Source: an archaeon (GTDB taxonomy: Archaea > Nanobdellota > Nanobdellia > SCGC-AAA011-G17 > GW2011-AR20). From it: a stretch of 64,000 nt of DNA. Of this stretch, positions 9,174 through 19,400 are shown piece after piece. Where the stretch lies: assembly GCA_002688355.1 (NCBI GenBank), contig NZCT01000025.1, positions 27,175-91,174 of the forward strand. The letters run 5' to 3'. Every line of letters begins with the position of its first letter. The stretch's first letter is position 1. The translations under genes and the position numbers were made by a program. Below the pieces are notes generated by a model that made no database searches, was not told the origin of the DNA, and saw nothing but the letters and a program-made list of their open reading frames with translations.

Positions 9174-9554
9174 ATGAAGACACAATTTTCAAAAACATGG
9201 GTAGCAAGTAAACAAAGAAGAAAGCAAAAGAAATACAGACTTAATGCTCCTTTGCATATTAAACATAAATTCTTATCAGTAAATTTATCAAAAGAATTAA
9301 GAGCAAAACATAAAAAGAGAAGTTTTCCACTAAGAAAAGGCGATTTAATAAAAGTTTTAAGAGGAAAATACAAAGGTAAATCTGGAAAAGTCGAAGCAGT
9401 TTTACTTAAAAGAACTAAAGTACATATAGAAGATATTCAAAGAGCAAAACATGATGGAAGTAAAAAATTCATTCCATTAGAACCTTCAAACTTACAAATA
9501 ATAGAATTAGATTTAACAGATAAAGTAAGGGTAAAAGCATTAGAAAGAAAATAA
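9174..9554 (+). CDS. rpl24: Ribosomal protein uL24 (KOW); start trimmed to the ATG after the L14 stop
   Basis: LRKGDLIKVLRGKYKGKSGKVEAV KOW motif. Confidence 0.85.
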   Translation: MKTQFSKTWVASKQRRKQKKYRLNAPLHIKHKFLSVNLSKELRAKHKKRSFPLRKGDLIKVLRGKYKGKSGKVEAVLLKRTKVHIEDIQRAKHDGSKKFIPLEPSNLQIIELDLTDKVRVKALERK

Positions 9555-9555
9555 A

Positions 9556-10251
9556 ATGGTACACATATCAAGACAAAGCACTCCCAAAGGTTGGCAAATT
9601 AGTAGAAAGGAAACTAAATGGATAACAAGACCAAGCCCAGGACCACATCCAATAAATAAAGCAATGCCTCTAACATTAGTAGTTAAAAATTTGTTAGGTC
9701 ACGCTAAAACAACAAGAGAAGTTAAAAATATTCTAGAAAATAAAAATATTCTAATTAATAAAAAAGTAAGAAAGGATCATAGATTCCCAATTGGAATTTT
9801 TGATGTTATTGAAATTGAAAAAACAAATGAATATTTTAGATTGTTCCAAGATCAAAAATTAAATTTCATATTGCATAAAATCTCAAAGGAAGAATCAAAT
9901 ATAAAACCTTCAAAAATAATTAATAAAACTAAATTAAAAAAAGGATTAACCCAAATTAATCTTTCTGATGCAAAGAATATGATTGTAAAGGAAGATAAAT
10001 ATAAAGTTGGAGATACTCTAATTATAGATTTAGATAAAAATTTAATAAAAAAACATATAAAACTAAGCGAAGGATCAAGAATATATTTAATGGATGGAAA
10101 ATATACTGGAAGATTTGCAAAAATCAAAAGTATAACAAATAAAAAAGATCTTAACCCTTCCAAAATAACATGTGAATATGGGAGTAAAACATTTCAGACA
10201 TTAAAGAAATATGCATTTGCAATTGAAGATGGAATCACAACACCAAAATAA
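9556..10251 (+). CDS. rps4e: Ribosomal protein eS4
   Basis: MVHISRQSTPKGWQISRKE... Confidence 0.85.
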   Translation: MVHISRQSTPKGWQISRKETKWITRPSPGPHPINKAMPLTLVVKNLLGHAKTTREVKNILENKNILINKKVRKDHRFPIGIFDVIEIEKTNEYFRLFQDQKLNFILHKISKEESNIKPSKIINKTKLKKGLTQINLSDAKNMIVKEDKYKVGDTLIIDLDKNLIKKHIKLSEGSRIYLMDGKYTGRFAKIKSITNKKDLNPSKITCEYGSKTFQTLKKYAFAIEDGITTPK

Positions 10252-10253
10252 AA

Positions 10254-10774
10254 TGAAGCAAGAACAAGTTGAGAAGATAACTCTCAATATTGGAGTGGGT
10301 AGTCCTGGAGACAAATTAACGAAAGCTAAAAAACTGTTAGAAGTAATATCAGGATCAAAAGCAGTTGAAACAAAAACTATGAAAAGAATTCCAACGTGGG
10401 GATTAAGACCAAATCTTGCTATAGGTGTTAAAGTTACATTAAGAGGAGAAAAAGCAGAAAAATTGTTAATAAGATTATTCAGTTCATTAGATAACAAACT
10501 AAATATTAAAAATTTCGATGATTATGGAAACTTTTCATTTGGGATAAAAGAATATATTGATATTCCAGATGTTGAGTATAATCCTGATTTTGGAATGATT
10601 GGATTAGAAGCAGCAGTAACTCTTGAAAGACCAGGATTTAGCATTAAAAAGAGAATGAAAAAAACAAAAATACCATTTAGACACAAAATCAAAAAGCAAG
10701 AAGCAATGGATTTCATAAAATCAAAATTTAAAATAGAAATAGTTGAAGAGGAAGATCAAAATGACCTACAGTAG
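10254..10774 (+). CDS. rpl5: Ribosomal protein uL5; start trimmed to the ATG after the S4e stop
   Basis: [16 protein letters not shown]... L5 signature. Confidence 0.85.
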
Positions 10775-10991
10775 CTTTAGCAAATCAACAAAACAATTGG
10801 AAAATAAACCAGCGAAGCTAAAAAAATTTTTAAAACACAATTCTCCAAAAGATAGAAAATTTGGAGTGACAACAAGAAAATGCAAAATTTGTGGAAGAAT
10901 AGGGGCACATTTAAGAAAATACACTATAGGATTATGCAGACAATGTTTTAGAGAACAAGCAAAAAATTTAGGATTTAAAAAATACTCATAA
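10761..10991 (+). CDS. rps14: Ribosomal protein uS14 (zinc type)
   Basis: [25 protein letters not shown]; overlaps the L5 end. Confidence 0.8.
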   Translation: MTYSSFSKSTKQLENKPAKLKKFLKHNSPKDRKFGVTTRKCKICGRIGAHLRKYTIGLCRQCFREQAKNLGFKKYS

Positions 10992-10992
10992 A

Positions 10993-11385
10993 ATGGCACT
11001 AAACGATCCCTTATCAAATGTCCTTTCCCACATAAATAATTGTGAGAAAACAGGAAAAATAGAATGTACTACTAAACCAACCTCTAATACAATTTTAAAA
11101 GTCTTAGAAATAATGAAAGAACACCATTATGTTGGTGATTATGAGATTATAGAAGATGGAAGGGGCAATATTATCAAAATAAACTTACTAGGAAACATAA
11201 ATAAGTGTAATGTAATAAAACCTAGATTTTCATTTAAACTAAATAATTTGGAAAAATTTGAGAAAAGATTTCTTCTAGCAAGGGATTTCGGATTAATAAT
11301 AGTATCAACAAATAAAGGTTTAATGACACATATGGAAGCTAAAGAGAAAAAATTAGGTGGAAGGCTGATTGCATATGTTTACTAG
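10993..11385 (+). CDS. rps8: Ribosomal protein uS8
   Basis: MALNDPLSNVLSHINNCEK... Confidence 0.85.
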   Translation: MALNDPLSNVLSHINNCEKTGKIECTTKPTSNTILKVLEIMKEHHYVGDYEIIEDGRGNIIKINLLGNINKCNVIKPRFSFKLNNLEKFEKRFLLARDFGLIIVSTNKGLMTHMEAKEKKLGGRLIAYVY

Positions 11386-11445
11386 AGAAAATTAGCATTG
11401 ACATAACCTTTATAAAACTTAATTTTCTAAATTTACTTTGTTAAA

Positions 11446-11991
11446 ATGGTTAATAATTTCATAGAAGAAAAAATTGAAATACCCTCAGATATAGAGATTT
11501 CTATAGAAGATTCTTTAGTTAAAGTAAAAGGACCTAAAGGAGAAAACGAAAGAAAATTTATTATGCCTCTAATAAAAATATCTAAAGAAGAAAACACAGT
11601 TTTATTAAAATCTAATAGAAAAACAAAAAAAGAAAAAAGATATCTAAACACAATAAAATCTCATATTCAAAATTTAATTAATGGAACAATAGAAAAATAT
11701 ACCTGCACATTAAAAGTTCTTTCAAGCCATTTCCCCATGACTATTGCTATTGAAAATAATGAATTAGTAATTAAAAATTTCCTTGGTGAAAAAATTCCTA
11801 GAAGGGCAAAAATTCTTGAAGGGACAGATGTTAAGATTGAAGGAGATATCATAACAGTTACAAGCACAAATATAGAATCAGCTGGACAAACTGCTGCTAA
11901 TATGGAACAAGCATGTAGAATAACAAATAAAGATAGAAGAGTTTTCCAAGATGGTTGTTGGGTAACTAGTAAAACAAAAGATAAAAAATGA
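11446..11991 (+). CDS. rpl6: Ribosomal protein uL6
   Basis: L6 fold repeats; operon position. Confidence 0.85.
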   Translation: MVNNFIEEKIEIPSDIEISIEDSLVKVKGPKGENERKFIMPLIKISKEENTVLLKSNRKTKKEKRYLNTIKSHIQNLINGTIEKYTCTLKVLSSHFPMTIAIENNELVIKNFLGEKIPRRAKILEGTDVKIEGDIITVTSTNIESAGQTAANMEQACRITNKDRRVFQDGCWVTSKTKDKK

Positions 11992-12530
11992 GATTAATAA
12001 AAAAACCAAAATTTGTAAGAACAGATGTAACTAATGTTCCTGGATTAAAAACTAAATGGAGAAAACCAAGGGGGCAACAAAACAAAATCCGTTTACATAG
12101 AAGAGGAAAAAACAAAATGCCAAAAATTGGATTTTCTAATAGCAACTCATTAAAGTTCAAAATTGAAAAACTTAATCCACACATAATCAAAAATTTAAAA
12201 GATTTAATTTCATTAAAGAAAGATCAAGACATAGCAGTCCTTTCTAAAAGTTTAGGAAATAAAAAAAGAATAGAGATAATCAAAAAATCAATTGAATTAG
12301 ATATGAAGGTAGCAAATTTCAAAGATTTAAAATTATATTTAGCAGATTTAGAAAAGGATTTAGAATCAAGAAAAGAGAAAAAGAAAGCTAAACAACAAGA
12401 AAAATCTAAAACAGAAGAAACTAAAAAGGAACCTGCAAAGGAAGAGGAAACAAAGAAAGAAGAAAAAACTGAAGAAGAAGTGAAAGATAAACAAGAACAA
12501 GATAAAAAACAGGTATTAGAAGGAAAATAA
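11988..12530 (+). CDS. rpl32e: Ribosomal protein eL32 with K/E-rich C-terminal extension
   Basis: KPKFVRTDVTNVPGLKTKWRKPRGQQNKIRLHRRGK. Confidence 0.85.
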   Translation: MRLIKKPKFVRTDVTNVPGLKTKWRKPRGQQNKIRLHRRGKNKMPKIGFSNSNSLKFKIEKLNPHIIKNLKDLISLKKDQDIAVLSKSLGNKKRIEIIKKSIELDMKVANFKDLKLYLADLEKDLESRKEKKKAKQQEKSKTEETKKEPAKEEETKKEEKTEEEVKDKQEQDKKQVLEGK

Positions 12531-12531
12531 A

Positions 12532-12990
12532 ATGTCACTAAAACTACAAAAAAGATTAGCATCGTCATTGATGAAAATATCACAGAAAAAGATTCAATTT
12601 GATCAAGAGAAGCTTTCAGAAATAAAAGATGCAATTACAAAAGTGGATGTAAGGAAATTAATAAGTAATAAAAGCATTAAGAAAAAAAAGGGAAACTCCC
12701 AATCAAAATACAGGGCAAGAAAAAACCTTTTACAAAAGAGAAAAGGAAGGCAAACAGGAGTAGGATCTAGAAAAGGTAAGAAAACTGCAAGAACTCCAAA
12801 TAAAACAACCTGGATGAATAAAATTAGAAAACAAAGATTATTCTTAAAAATTTTAAAAGATAAAAATCTTATATCAACCCAAGAATACAGAGGATTATAC
12901 ATGAAATCCAAAGGCGGTTTCTTCAGAAGCAAAAGGCACTTAAAAGGGTATTTAGAAGAACATAATATTATCAAAGATGGCAAAAAATAA
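12532..12990 (+). CDS. rpl19e: Ribosomal protein eL19
   Basis: MSLKLQKRLASSLMK...GRQTGVGSRKGK. Confidence 0.85.
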   Translation: MSLKLQKRLASSLMKISQKKIQFDQEKLSEIKDAITKVDVRKLISNKSIKKKKGNSQSKYRARKNLLQKRKGRQTGVGSRKGKKTARTPNKTTWMNKIRKQRLFLKILKDKNLISTQEYRGLYMKSKGGFFRSKRHLKGYLEEHNIIKDGKK

Positions 12991-13558
12991 AAAATTCACA
13001 GTATTGTACAGAAGGAAGAGAAACAATAAGACAGATTACAAAAAAAGATTAAGATTACTTGTTTCAAGAAAACCAAGACTAGTTGTAAGAAAAGGACTTA
13101 GAAATATAACTGCTCAAATTATTGAATATTCTCCTACTGGAGATAGAATAATAGTTTCTTCAAATACAAGAGAAATTAAAAATTTAGGTTGGAAAGGCGG
13201 TCTTTCAAATATCCCTTCAGCTTATTTATTAGGTTTAAAGATAGCAGAAAAAGCAAAGGAAAAGAAAATAGAATTTGCTATCTTAGATAAAGGAATACAT
13301 CAATCCATAAAAGGATCTGCAATATACGCTTTAGTTAAAGGTGCTGTTGATAATGGATTAAATGTACCCCATAGCAAAGATATTTTCCCAAGTGAAGAAA
13401 GAATTTCAGGAGAACATATTAAGAATTACGCAGAAAAAATAAAAAATACAGAAAAATATGCAAAACAATTTTCAAATTATGAGAAAAATAATTTTAATGT
13501 AAGTAATATATCAGAAGAATTTAATAAAATAAAATCACAAATAATGAAAAATGGCTAG
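12977..13558 (+). CDS. rpl18: Ribosomal protein uL18
   Basis: RLVVRKGLRNITAQIIEYSPTGDRIIVSSNTRE. Confidence 0.85.
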   Translation: MAKNKKFTVLYRRKRNNKTDYKKRLRLLVSRKPRLVVRKGLRNITAQIIEYSPTGDRIIVSSNTREIKNLGWKGGLSNIPSAYLLGLKIAEKAKEKKIEFAILDKGIHQSIKGSAIYALVKGAVDNGLNVPHSKDIFPSEERISGEHIKNYAEKIKNTEKYAKQFSNYEKNNFNVSNISEEFNKIKSQIMKNG

Positions 13559-14273
13559 AAAAGACGATGCTCCAAGAGGAGTTGCAATGGAAAAGGAATT
13601 TGATAAGGAAGCTTGGATCCCTAAAACAGATTTAGGTAAGAAAATAAAATCTGGAGAATTTAAAACAATAGACGAAGTTATTAAATCAGGGAAAAAAATA
13701 CTTGAGAGTGAAATTTCTGATTACTTAATCGAAGATCTATCCTCAGAAATAATCGCAATAGGCCAATCTAAAGGAAAATTTGGTGGTGGAAAGAAAAGTA
13801 TTTGGAGACAAACTCAGAAGAAAACAAGTGAAGGAAACAAACCAAAGTTTGCAACTTTAGTAGCTGTAGGAAATAATGATGGTCTAATCGGCATCGGCAC
13901 TGGAAAATCAAAAGAAACAATGCCTGCAAAGGAAAAAGCACTAAGAAACGCTAAATTAAATGTTAAAAAGATCAAAAGAGGCTGTGGTTCGTGGTCATGT
14001 TACTGTGGGAAATCACATTCAATTCCATTTACAGTAATAGGTAAATGTAGTAGCACAATTGTAAAACTTATGCCTGCACCAAAAGGAACAGGATTAATGA
14101 TAGATTCAGAACCTCAAAAAATCCTAAAATTAGCAGGAATAACAGATGTATATTCTGATTCAAAAAATACAACAACAAAAATTAATCTAATGAATGCTTT
14201 ATTTGATGCTCTTAAAAAATTATCAAAAACAAAAGTTAATGAAGAATTCTCTAAAAAGGCAGGTATTGTATAA
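13551..14273 (+). CDS. rps5: Ribosomal protein uS5
   Basis: S5 dsRBD and C-terminal domain motifs (GIGTGKSKE...). Confidence 0.85.
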   Translation: MARKDDAPRGVAMEKEFDKEAWIPKTDLGKKIKSGEFKTIDEVIKSGKKILESEISDYLIEDLSSEIIAIGQSKGKFGGGKKSIWRQTQKKTSEGNKPKFATLVAVGNNDGLIGIGTGKSKETMPAKEKALRNAKLNVKKIKRGCGSWSCYCGKSHSIPFTVIGKCSSTIVKLMPAPKGTGLMIDSEPQKILKLAGITDVYSDSKNTTTKINLMNALFDALKKLSKTKVNEEFSKKAGIV

Positions 14274-14743
14274 TGACAAAGGTTGCAGTAATAAGAATAA
14301 AAGGAAAGATTGGATTGAAAAGAGGAATTAAAGATGCGTTAAATATTTTAAGATTATATAACAAACATACTTGTGTAATTATTGACAATACTGAAAATTA
14401 TATTGGGATGCTGAAAAAAGTTAAAGATTATGTAACTTGGGGGGAAATAGATGGAAGCACATTCAAATTACTAATAAGTCAAAGGGGTAGAATTGCTGGA
14501 AAAATAAGATTAACAGAAGAATATGCAAAAGATAAATTAAAATTTAATATTGATGATTTTATCAAAGATTTCTTTTCTGGAAAGAAAAAATTCAAAGATA
14601 TTCCGGGATTCAAACCTTTTTTCAAACTAAAACCACCTACAAAAGGTTTTGAAAGAGGCGGAATTAAAAAACCATTCTCTCTTGGAGGGGTTTTAGGATA
14701 TAGAAAAGAAAAAATTAATGATCTAATTCAAAGGATGCTCTAA
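14273..14743 (+). CDS. rpl30: Ribosomal protein uL30
   Basis: AVIRIKGKIGLKRGIKDALNILRL. Confidence 0.8.
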   Translation: MTKVAVIRIKGKIGLKRGIKDALNILRLYNKHTCVIIDNTENYIGMLKKVKDYVTWGEIDGSTFKLLISQRGRIAGKIRLTEEYAKDKLKFNIDDFIKDFFSGKKKFKDIPGFKPFFKLKPPTKGFERGGIKKPFSLGGVLGYRKEKINDLIQRML

Positions 14744-14744
14744 A

Positions 14745-15203
14745 ATGGCAGTCAATAAAAGAAATAAAAATAAAAGATTTAGAGGCTCTATGACACATGG
14801 ATGGGGTTCTAAAAAGAAACACAGAGGTTCTGGAAATAGAGGTGGATTTGGTATGGCTGGAACTGGAAAGAGAGCTGACCAAAATAAAATCTCAATCTTA
14901 AAATACAGAGGTCATGAATACTTTGGAAAGAAGGGTTTCAAAAGACCTCAGAAAATATTAAAGAAATCAAAAACAATTAACATTGGATTAATAGAACAAA
15001 AGCTTAAATATTACTTGTCCGTAAAAAAAGTAAAAGAAGATAATGGAAAGTTTATTATTAATTTAAAAGATCTAGGTTATGATAAACTTTTAGGCTCCGG
15101 AAAAGCAAAATCCAAAATGGAAATAACTGGAGAAAAAGCATCAAAAAAAGCAATGGATAAATTAGAAAAAATAGGTGGTAAATTTACATCACAAGCAAAG
15201 TAA
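14745..15203 (+). CDS. rpl15: Ribosomal protein uL15
   Basis: HGWGSKKKHRGSGNRGGFGMAG. Confidence 0.85.
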   Translation: MAVNKRNKNKRFRGSMTHGWGSKKKHRGSGNRGGFGMAGTGKRADQNKISILKYRGHEYFGKKGFKRPQKILKKSKTINIGLIEQKLKYYLSVKKVKEDNGKFIINLKDLGYDKLLGSGKAKSKMEITGEKASKKAMDKLEKIGGKFTSQAK

Positions 15204-15205
15204 AA

Positions 15206-16584
15206 TGTCTCTTAGAAATTTTCTTACAAGCTTACCAGAAGTTAGAAGACCAGATCAGAAACATCGACCATTTAAGTCAAAATTAAAATGGACATTGATG
15301 ATGCTCCTAGGTTATTTTTTACTTGGAGTAATACCATTATATGGTCTTGGAGAAAATTCTTTACAACAATTTGAATTCTTATCTATAATTTTGGGAGCAC
15401 AGTTTGGTTCATTAATATCTCTAGGTATTGGACCAATCGTAACAGCATCTATCGTATTACAATTATTAGTTGGTTCAGGTTTACTAAAGCTAGATACAAC
15501 AAAACATGAAGATAGAATTTATTTTCAAGGTATACAAAAAGTTCTAGCAATATTTTTCATAGTTTTCGAGGCAATTATTTATGTTTTCATGGGTGGGCTC
15601 TCTCCCGCAGCAGGGTTTTCTCCATGGATTTTAATATTCCAACTTCTACTAGGTGGATTACTGATATTATTCATGGATGAAGTAACAAGCAAATGGGGCT
15701 TTGGTTCAGGTGTGTCATTATTCATTGCAGCAGGAGTAGCTTCACAAATAGTAATAAGTGCATTCTCTCCATTAACAACATCAGGACAATTAGCATTTGG
15801 TTCAGGACAAGCACCAGTTGGAAGAGTTTTTGTTCTTTTCATCTCTTTATTTCAAGGAAATATACTAGAAGCATCTCTAGCATTTTCTGCCATCCTAGCA
15901 ACGATAGTAGTATTTTTATTAGCTGTTTATGCCCAAGCTATGAAAGTAGAAATTCCATTATCATTTGGTAGAGTAAGAGGTTATGGAATAAGATGGCCTC
16001 TAAATTTTATTTATACAAGTAATATTCCAGTTATATTAGTGGCCGCGTTATTAGCAAACGTTCAATTATGGGCTAGTTTATTAGAAAGAGCAGGGCATCC
16101 TTTCTTAGGAACATTCTCAGGACAAGTTCCTGTAACAGGTGTAGTGGCATGGTTATATTCTCCAAATTTAATTCAAGATTTATTAACAGGAAGTTTTGTA
16201 GGCATAAGCATAGCTAAATCTTTGATATATGTTTTATTTATGGTAGTTGGTTCCGTAATTTTCTCCATATTTTGGGTACAAACAGCAGGTATGGATGCAA
16301 AAAGTCAAGCAAAGCAAATTATGGCTTCTGGTTTACAAGTTCCAGGATTTAGAAGAGATGAAAGAGTCTTAGAACATTTATTAAAAAGATATATTGGTCC
16401 TCTAACAATAATGGGTGCAATAACAGTGGGAGTTCTAGCCGCGATGGCTGATTTAACAGGAGCTTTGTCAAGAGGAACAGGAATTTTATTAGCAGTAATG
16501 ATAATCTATAAATTATATGAAGATATTGCACAACAACATATGATGGATATGCATCCAGCATTAAGACAATTTATGAAAAAATAA
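15206..16584 (+). CDS. secY: Preprotein translocase subunit SecY; start trimmed to the ATG after the L15 stop
   Basis: 10-TM SecY pattern and conserved operon position. Confidence 0.9.
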
Positions 16585-16623
16585 AATAGTTAACTTTAAA
16601 AAAACAAATAAAAACATAATAAA

Positions 16624-17052
16624 ATGGCAGAACTTATAACAGGTTTTACAATATGGGCTCAGGCAATGCCTTTGTATAGTTTAATAGTTATTTCATTTGT
16701 AATAACATTACTAACAACAATAGCTTACAAATATTTTTCAGATCAAAAGGCAATAAAATTTCTAAAAGATGAGATAAAATCTTTAAGCGATCAAATGAAA
16801 GAATTAAAAGATAATCCTCAAAAGATGATGGAAAAACAAAAGGAATTAATGGAAAAAAATCTAAAAATGATGAAATATTCTTTAAAACCTAGCCTTTATA
16901 CTGCAATACCATTAATTGCAATTTTTTACTTCATTAGAAACATTTATGAAGATTCTGGTGCTATAATTTTTAGCTTAACATGGATATGGATATACATTAT
17001 TTTATCTATTGTTTTCAGCATAATCTTAAGAAAAGTATTGAAAGTACACTAA
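16624..17052 (+). CDS. DUF106-family membrane protein (archaeal YidC/Oxa1-like)
   Basis: TM, amphipathic coiled region, then 2 TM topology; conserved archaeal position downstream of secY. Confidence 0.55.
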   Translation: MAELITGFTIWAQAMPLYSLIVISFVITLLTTIAYKYFSDQKAIKFLKDEIKSLSDQMKELKDNPQKMMEKQKELMEKNLKMMKYSLKPSLYTAIPLIAIFYFIRNIYEDSGAIIFSLTWIWIYIILSIVFSIILRKVLKVH

Positions 17053-17053
17053 A

Positions 17054-17326
17054 ATGACAGCACCAAGATTTAGATCAAGAACGTTTAGAAGAATTTACAC
17101 AAGGATTCCTAGCTCTAAAGTTGTAATACACTATAAAACAAGAAAACCAAGTAATCATAAATGTGGCTCTTGTAGAATTGTACTAAAAGGTGTAAAATCA
17201 AATATATCTAAAACTATTAAAAAACTTACAAAATCCAAAAAAACAGTTAAAAGAATGTTTGGTGGAAGTTTATGTTCAAAATGTTCAAGAAGAGAAATTA
17301 TAAGTAGGACTAGAAAAAATGGCTGA
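17054..17326 (+). CDS. rpl34e: Ribosomal protein eL34
   Basis: TAPRFRSRTFRRIYTRIP...CGSC...CSKC. Confidence 0.8.
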   Translation: MTAPRFRSRTFRRIYTRIPSSKVVIHYKTRKPSNHKCGSCRIVLKGVKSNISKTIKKLTKSKKTVKRMFGGSLCSKCSRREIISRTRKNG

Positions 17327-17666
17327 TTTAATTGGAAGACTTTGTGTTAAAACAACAGGTAGAGAATCTGGAAGAGAATGTGTTATTGTTAATGTAGAAA
17401 ATGATGCTTTTGTAACTATAGATGGAAATGTTAAAAGAAGAAGATGTAATATAAATCATTTAGAATTTCTTAATAAAAATGTTGATATAAAGAAAGATGA
17501 ATCAACTGAACAAGTAAGAAAAGCAATGGAAAATTTAGGCATAAAATTAATGACAAAAACAAAAAAAGAAAAATCTACTACAGAGAAACCAAAAAAACAG
17601 AGACAAAAAGAAGAAGAAAAACAAAAAGAAGTGAAAGAAGAAAAGCCTAAGAAATCAAAGAAATAA
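17319..17666 (+). CDS. rpl14e: Ribosomal protein eL14 (KOW) with K/E-rich tail
   Basis: RLCVKTTGRESGRECVIV...VKRRRCNINHLE. Confidence 0.75.
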   Translation: MADLIGRLCVKTTGRESGRECVIVNVENDAFVTIDGNVKRRRCNINHLEFLNKNVDIKKDESTEQVRKAMENLGIKLMTKTKKEKSTTEKPKKQRQKEEEKQKEVKEEKPKKSKK

Positions 17667-18058
17667 TGGAAGAAAAAAATCAAGATCAAGAAAAATATTT
17701 ACAATTACAAATTCTCACGCAACAAATACAATATTATCAAGAGAATATTCAAGTAATAGAACAAAATCAAATTGAGTTACAAAATCTTAAGAATAGTTTG
17801 GATGAATTTAAAAAGATTGAAAAAAATAAAAAAATTTTAGTTCCTCTAGGTCAAAATATTTTCTCTAAAGCAACTTTAGAAAACTCTGAAGATGTTATAA
17901 TGGGTGTAGGCTCTAGTATATTAATTAAAAAAACTTTAGAAGAAGCTAAAGAATCTATAAAAAAACAAGAAGAAGAACTAAACGTAGTCTTTAAACAACT
18001 ACAAGAAGAAATGCAAAAAACTTATTCTAAGTTTGAAGAGTTACAAAAAGATTCTTAA
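17666..18058 (+). CDS. pfdA: Prefoldin alpha subunit
   Basis: Coiled coil, double beta-hairpin (ILVPLGQNIFSKATLENSEDVIMGVGSSILIKK), coiled coil. Confidence 0.65.
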   Translation: MEEKNQDQEKYLQLQILTQQIQYYQENIQVIEQNQIELQNLKNSLDEFKKIEKNKKILVPLGQNIFSKATLENSEDVIMGVGSSILIKKTLEEAKESIKKQEEELNVVFKQLQEEMQKTYSKFEELQKDS

Positions 18059-18102
18059 TTAATATAACAAAAATTTATAAATATTCAATCTAAGCTAGTT
18101 TA

Positions 18103-19374
18103 ATGAAAAAAATAGGTGTTTACATAGGTTTACTAGTATTATTCTCAATATCAGTTCTAGCACAATCTAATTCTCCAGTAGCAATAGCAGGAGAAGATCT
18201 AACTACAACACCAGGGAGAATAATAATCTTAGATGCATCACAATCATATGACTTAGATAATGATATAACAGAAAGTTCATTTAAATGGTATGAAAATGAA
18301 CAACAAATAGGTCAAGGAAAAATATTAAGGTTAACATATTCTGAAACAGGAAGACACTTTATAACTTTAAGATTAACAGATTCAAAAGGATTATCTTCTG
18401 CTGATATAGTATCAATAAAACTAAAAGAGAAAGAGGTTTGCACAAAAACAAAAGCAGTGTACTTTCCTCAAGATACAATATGTAATAGTAAATGGCCTTC
18501 TCAAGATGGCGATAAAATGTTCATAAATAGTGAGGATTTCTCGTGCAATTTAATAGAAGTTTGTAGTGATGAACTAGATCCAATAGTGAAAGATTCAATC
18601 AAATGTTGTAGTTCTGCCATATTAGATAGTTCTTCTAAAGATTCTTCATGTAGCTTTGCACAAAGAAAATCAAATGGAAACTTCAAAAAATGTCAAGCTC
18701 TATATGTTACCAAAGGTCTTGGTACTGACCAAACATATATGGAAGGTTATTTTGAAGCAGAAATGTGTTGCTCGGCCATAGAAGGTTTATGTTCTAATCA
18801 AAGAAATTTTTATTCTCTTAAACCAATTCCCAGAACAAATACAAACACAGATTTTAGAAGATTTAATTGTGGGTCCACTCCAGAATACAACCCTCCTGGA
18901 GAATGGGTATCAAATTTAGATTTAAGTAAAAACAATTTAGCACTATCGGATTTACCCCCAAGTGTAACTATAAATACAATAGGAACAGGAACTTGTGTTG
19001 ATTTTAGTCTATCAATAACAACATTACTGAGAAAAATTGGCTACAAAAGTGATGAAATTTATTCAGTCTCAACAGAAAATCATGCATTTAACTTAGTTAA
19101 ATTTCCCTTAGATAGAAAATTCACAATCATTGACACAACAGGAACATCCCAAGATATTAGATTAGGTAAAAAGCCCTCTAGTTATGAATATTGTGAAGAA
19201 TTAGATAAATGTTGGAATGACTTAGGTCAAGTAGCATGTCCAGCTCTTTCCAATATAGTTGGTTGTGAAGGAGTTCCAGAAGATTTTTTCAGAAAAACAG
19301 AGAGAACTAAATTCAAAATTACAGATACGTCAAAGAAAATAATACGTGCAATAGCAAAGGAGGCATCATTTTAA
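18103..19374 (+). CDS. Secreted protein with N-terminal PKD-like domain and C-terminal transglutaminase-like cysteine protease core
   Basis: Signal peptide; PKD-like PVAIAGEDL...ILDASQSYDLDNDI...FKW...; Cys/His/Asp triad context GTCVDFS, ENHAFNLV, IIDTTG. Confidence 0.55.
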   Translation: MKKIGVYIGLLVLFSISVLAQSNSPVAIAGEDLTTTPGRIIILDASQSYDLDNDITESSFKWYENEQQIGQGKILRLTYSETGRHFITLRLTDSKGLSSADIVSIKLKEKEVCTKTKAVYFPQDTICNSKWPSQDGDKMFINSEDFSCNLIEVCSDELDPIVKDSIKCCSSAILDSSSKDSSCSFAQRKSNGNFKKCQALYVTKGLGTDQTYMEGYFEAEMCCSAIEGLCSNQRNFYSLKPIPRTNTNTDFRRFNCGSTPEYNPPGEWVSNLDLSKNNLALSDLPPSVTINTIGTGTCVDFSLSITTLLRKIGYKSDEIYSVSTENHAFNLVKFPLDRKFTIIDTTGTSQDIRLGKKPSSYEYCEELDKCWNDLGQVACPALSNIVGCEGVPEDFFRKTERTKFKITDTSKKIIRAIAKEASF

Positions 19375-19400
19375 AAACTTAAAATGTATATTAATAAAAA

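Noticed and set aside
12224-12634. 136-aa minus-strand ORF antisense to L32e/L19e with an S/F-rich sequence
   Set aside because: It is antisense to the K/E-rich coding tails; the poly-AAG/GAA on one strand gives a poly-Phe/Ser ORF on the other.
17500-17666. Poly-lysine/glutamate-encoding AAG/GAA-rich stretches (also 12350-12530, 7620-7740, 51170-51324) that look like tandem repeats
   Set aside because: They are in-frame C-terminal low-complexity tails of L14e, L32e, S3, and TFE, not independent repeat elements or CRISPR-like arrays.
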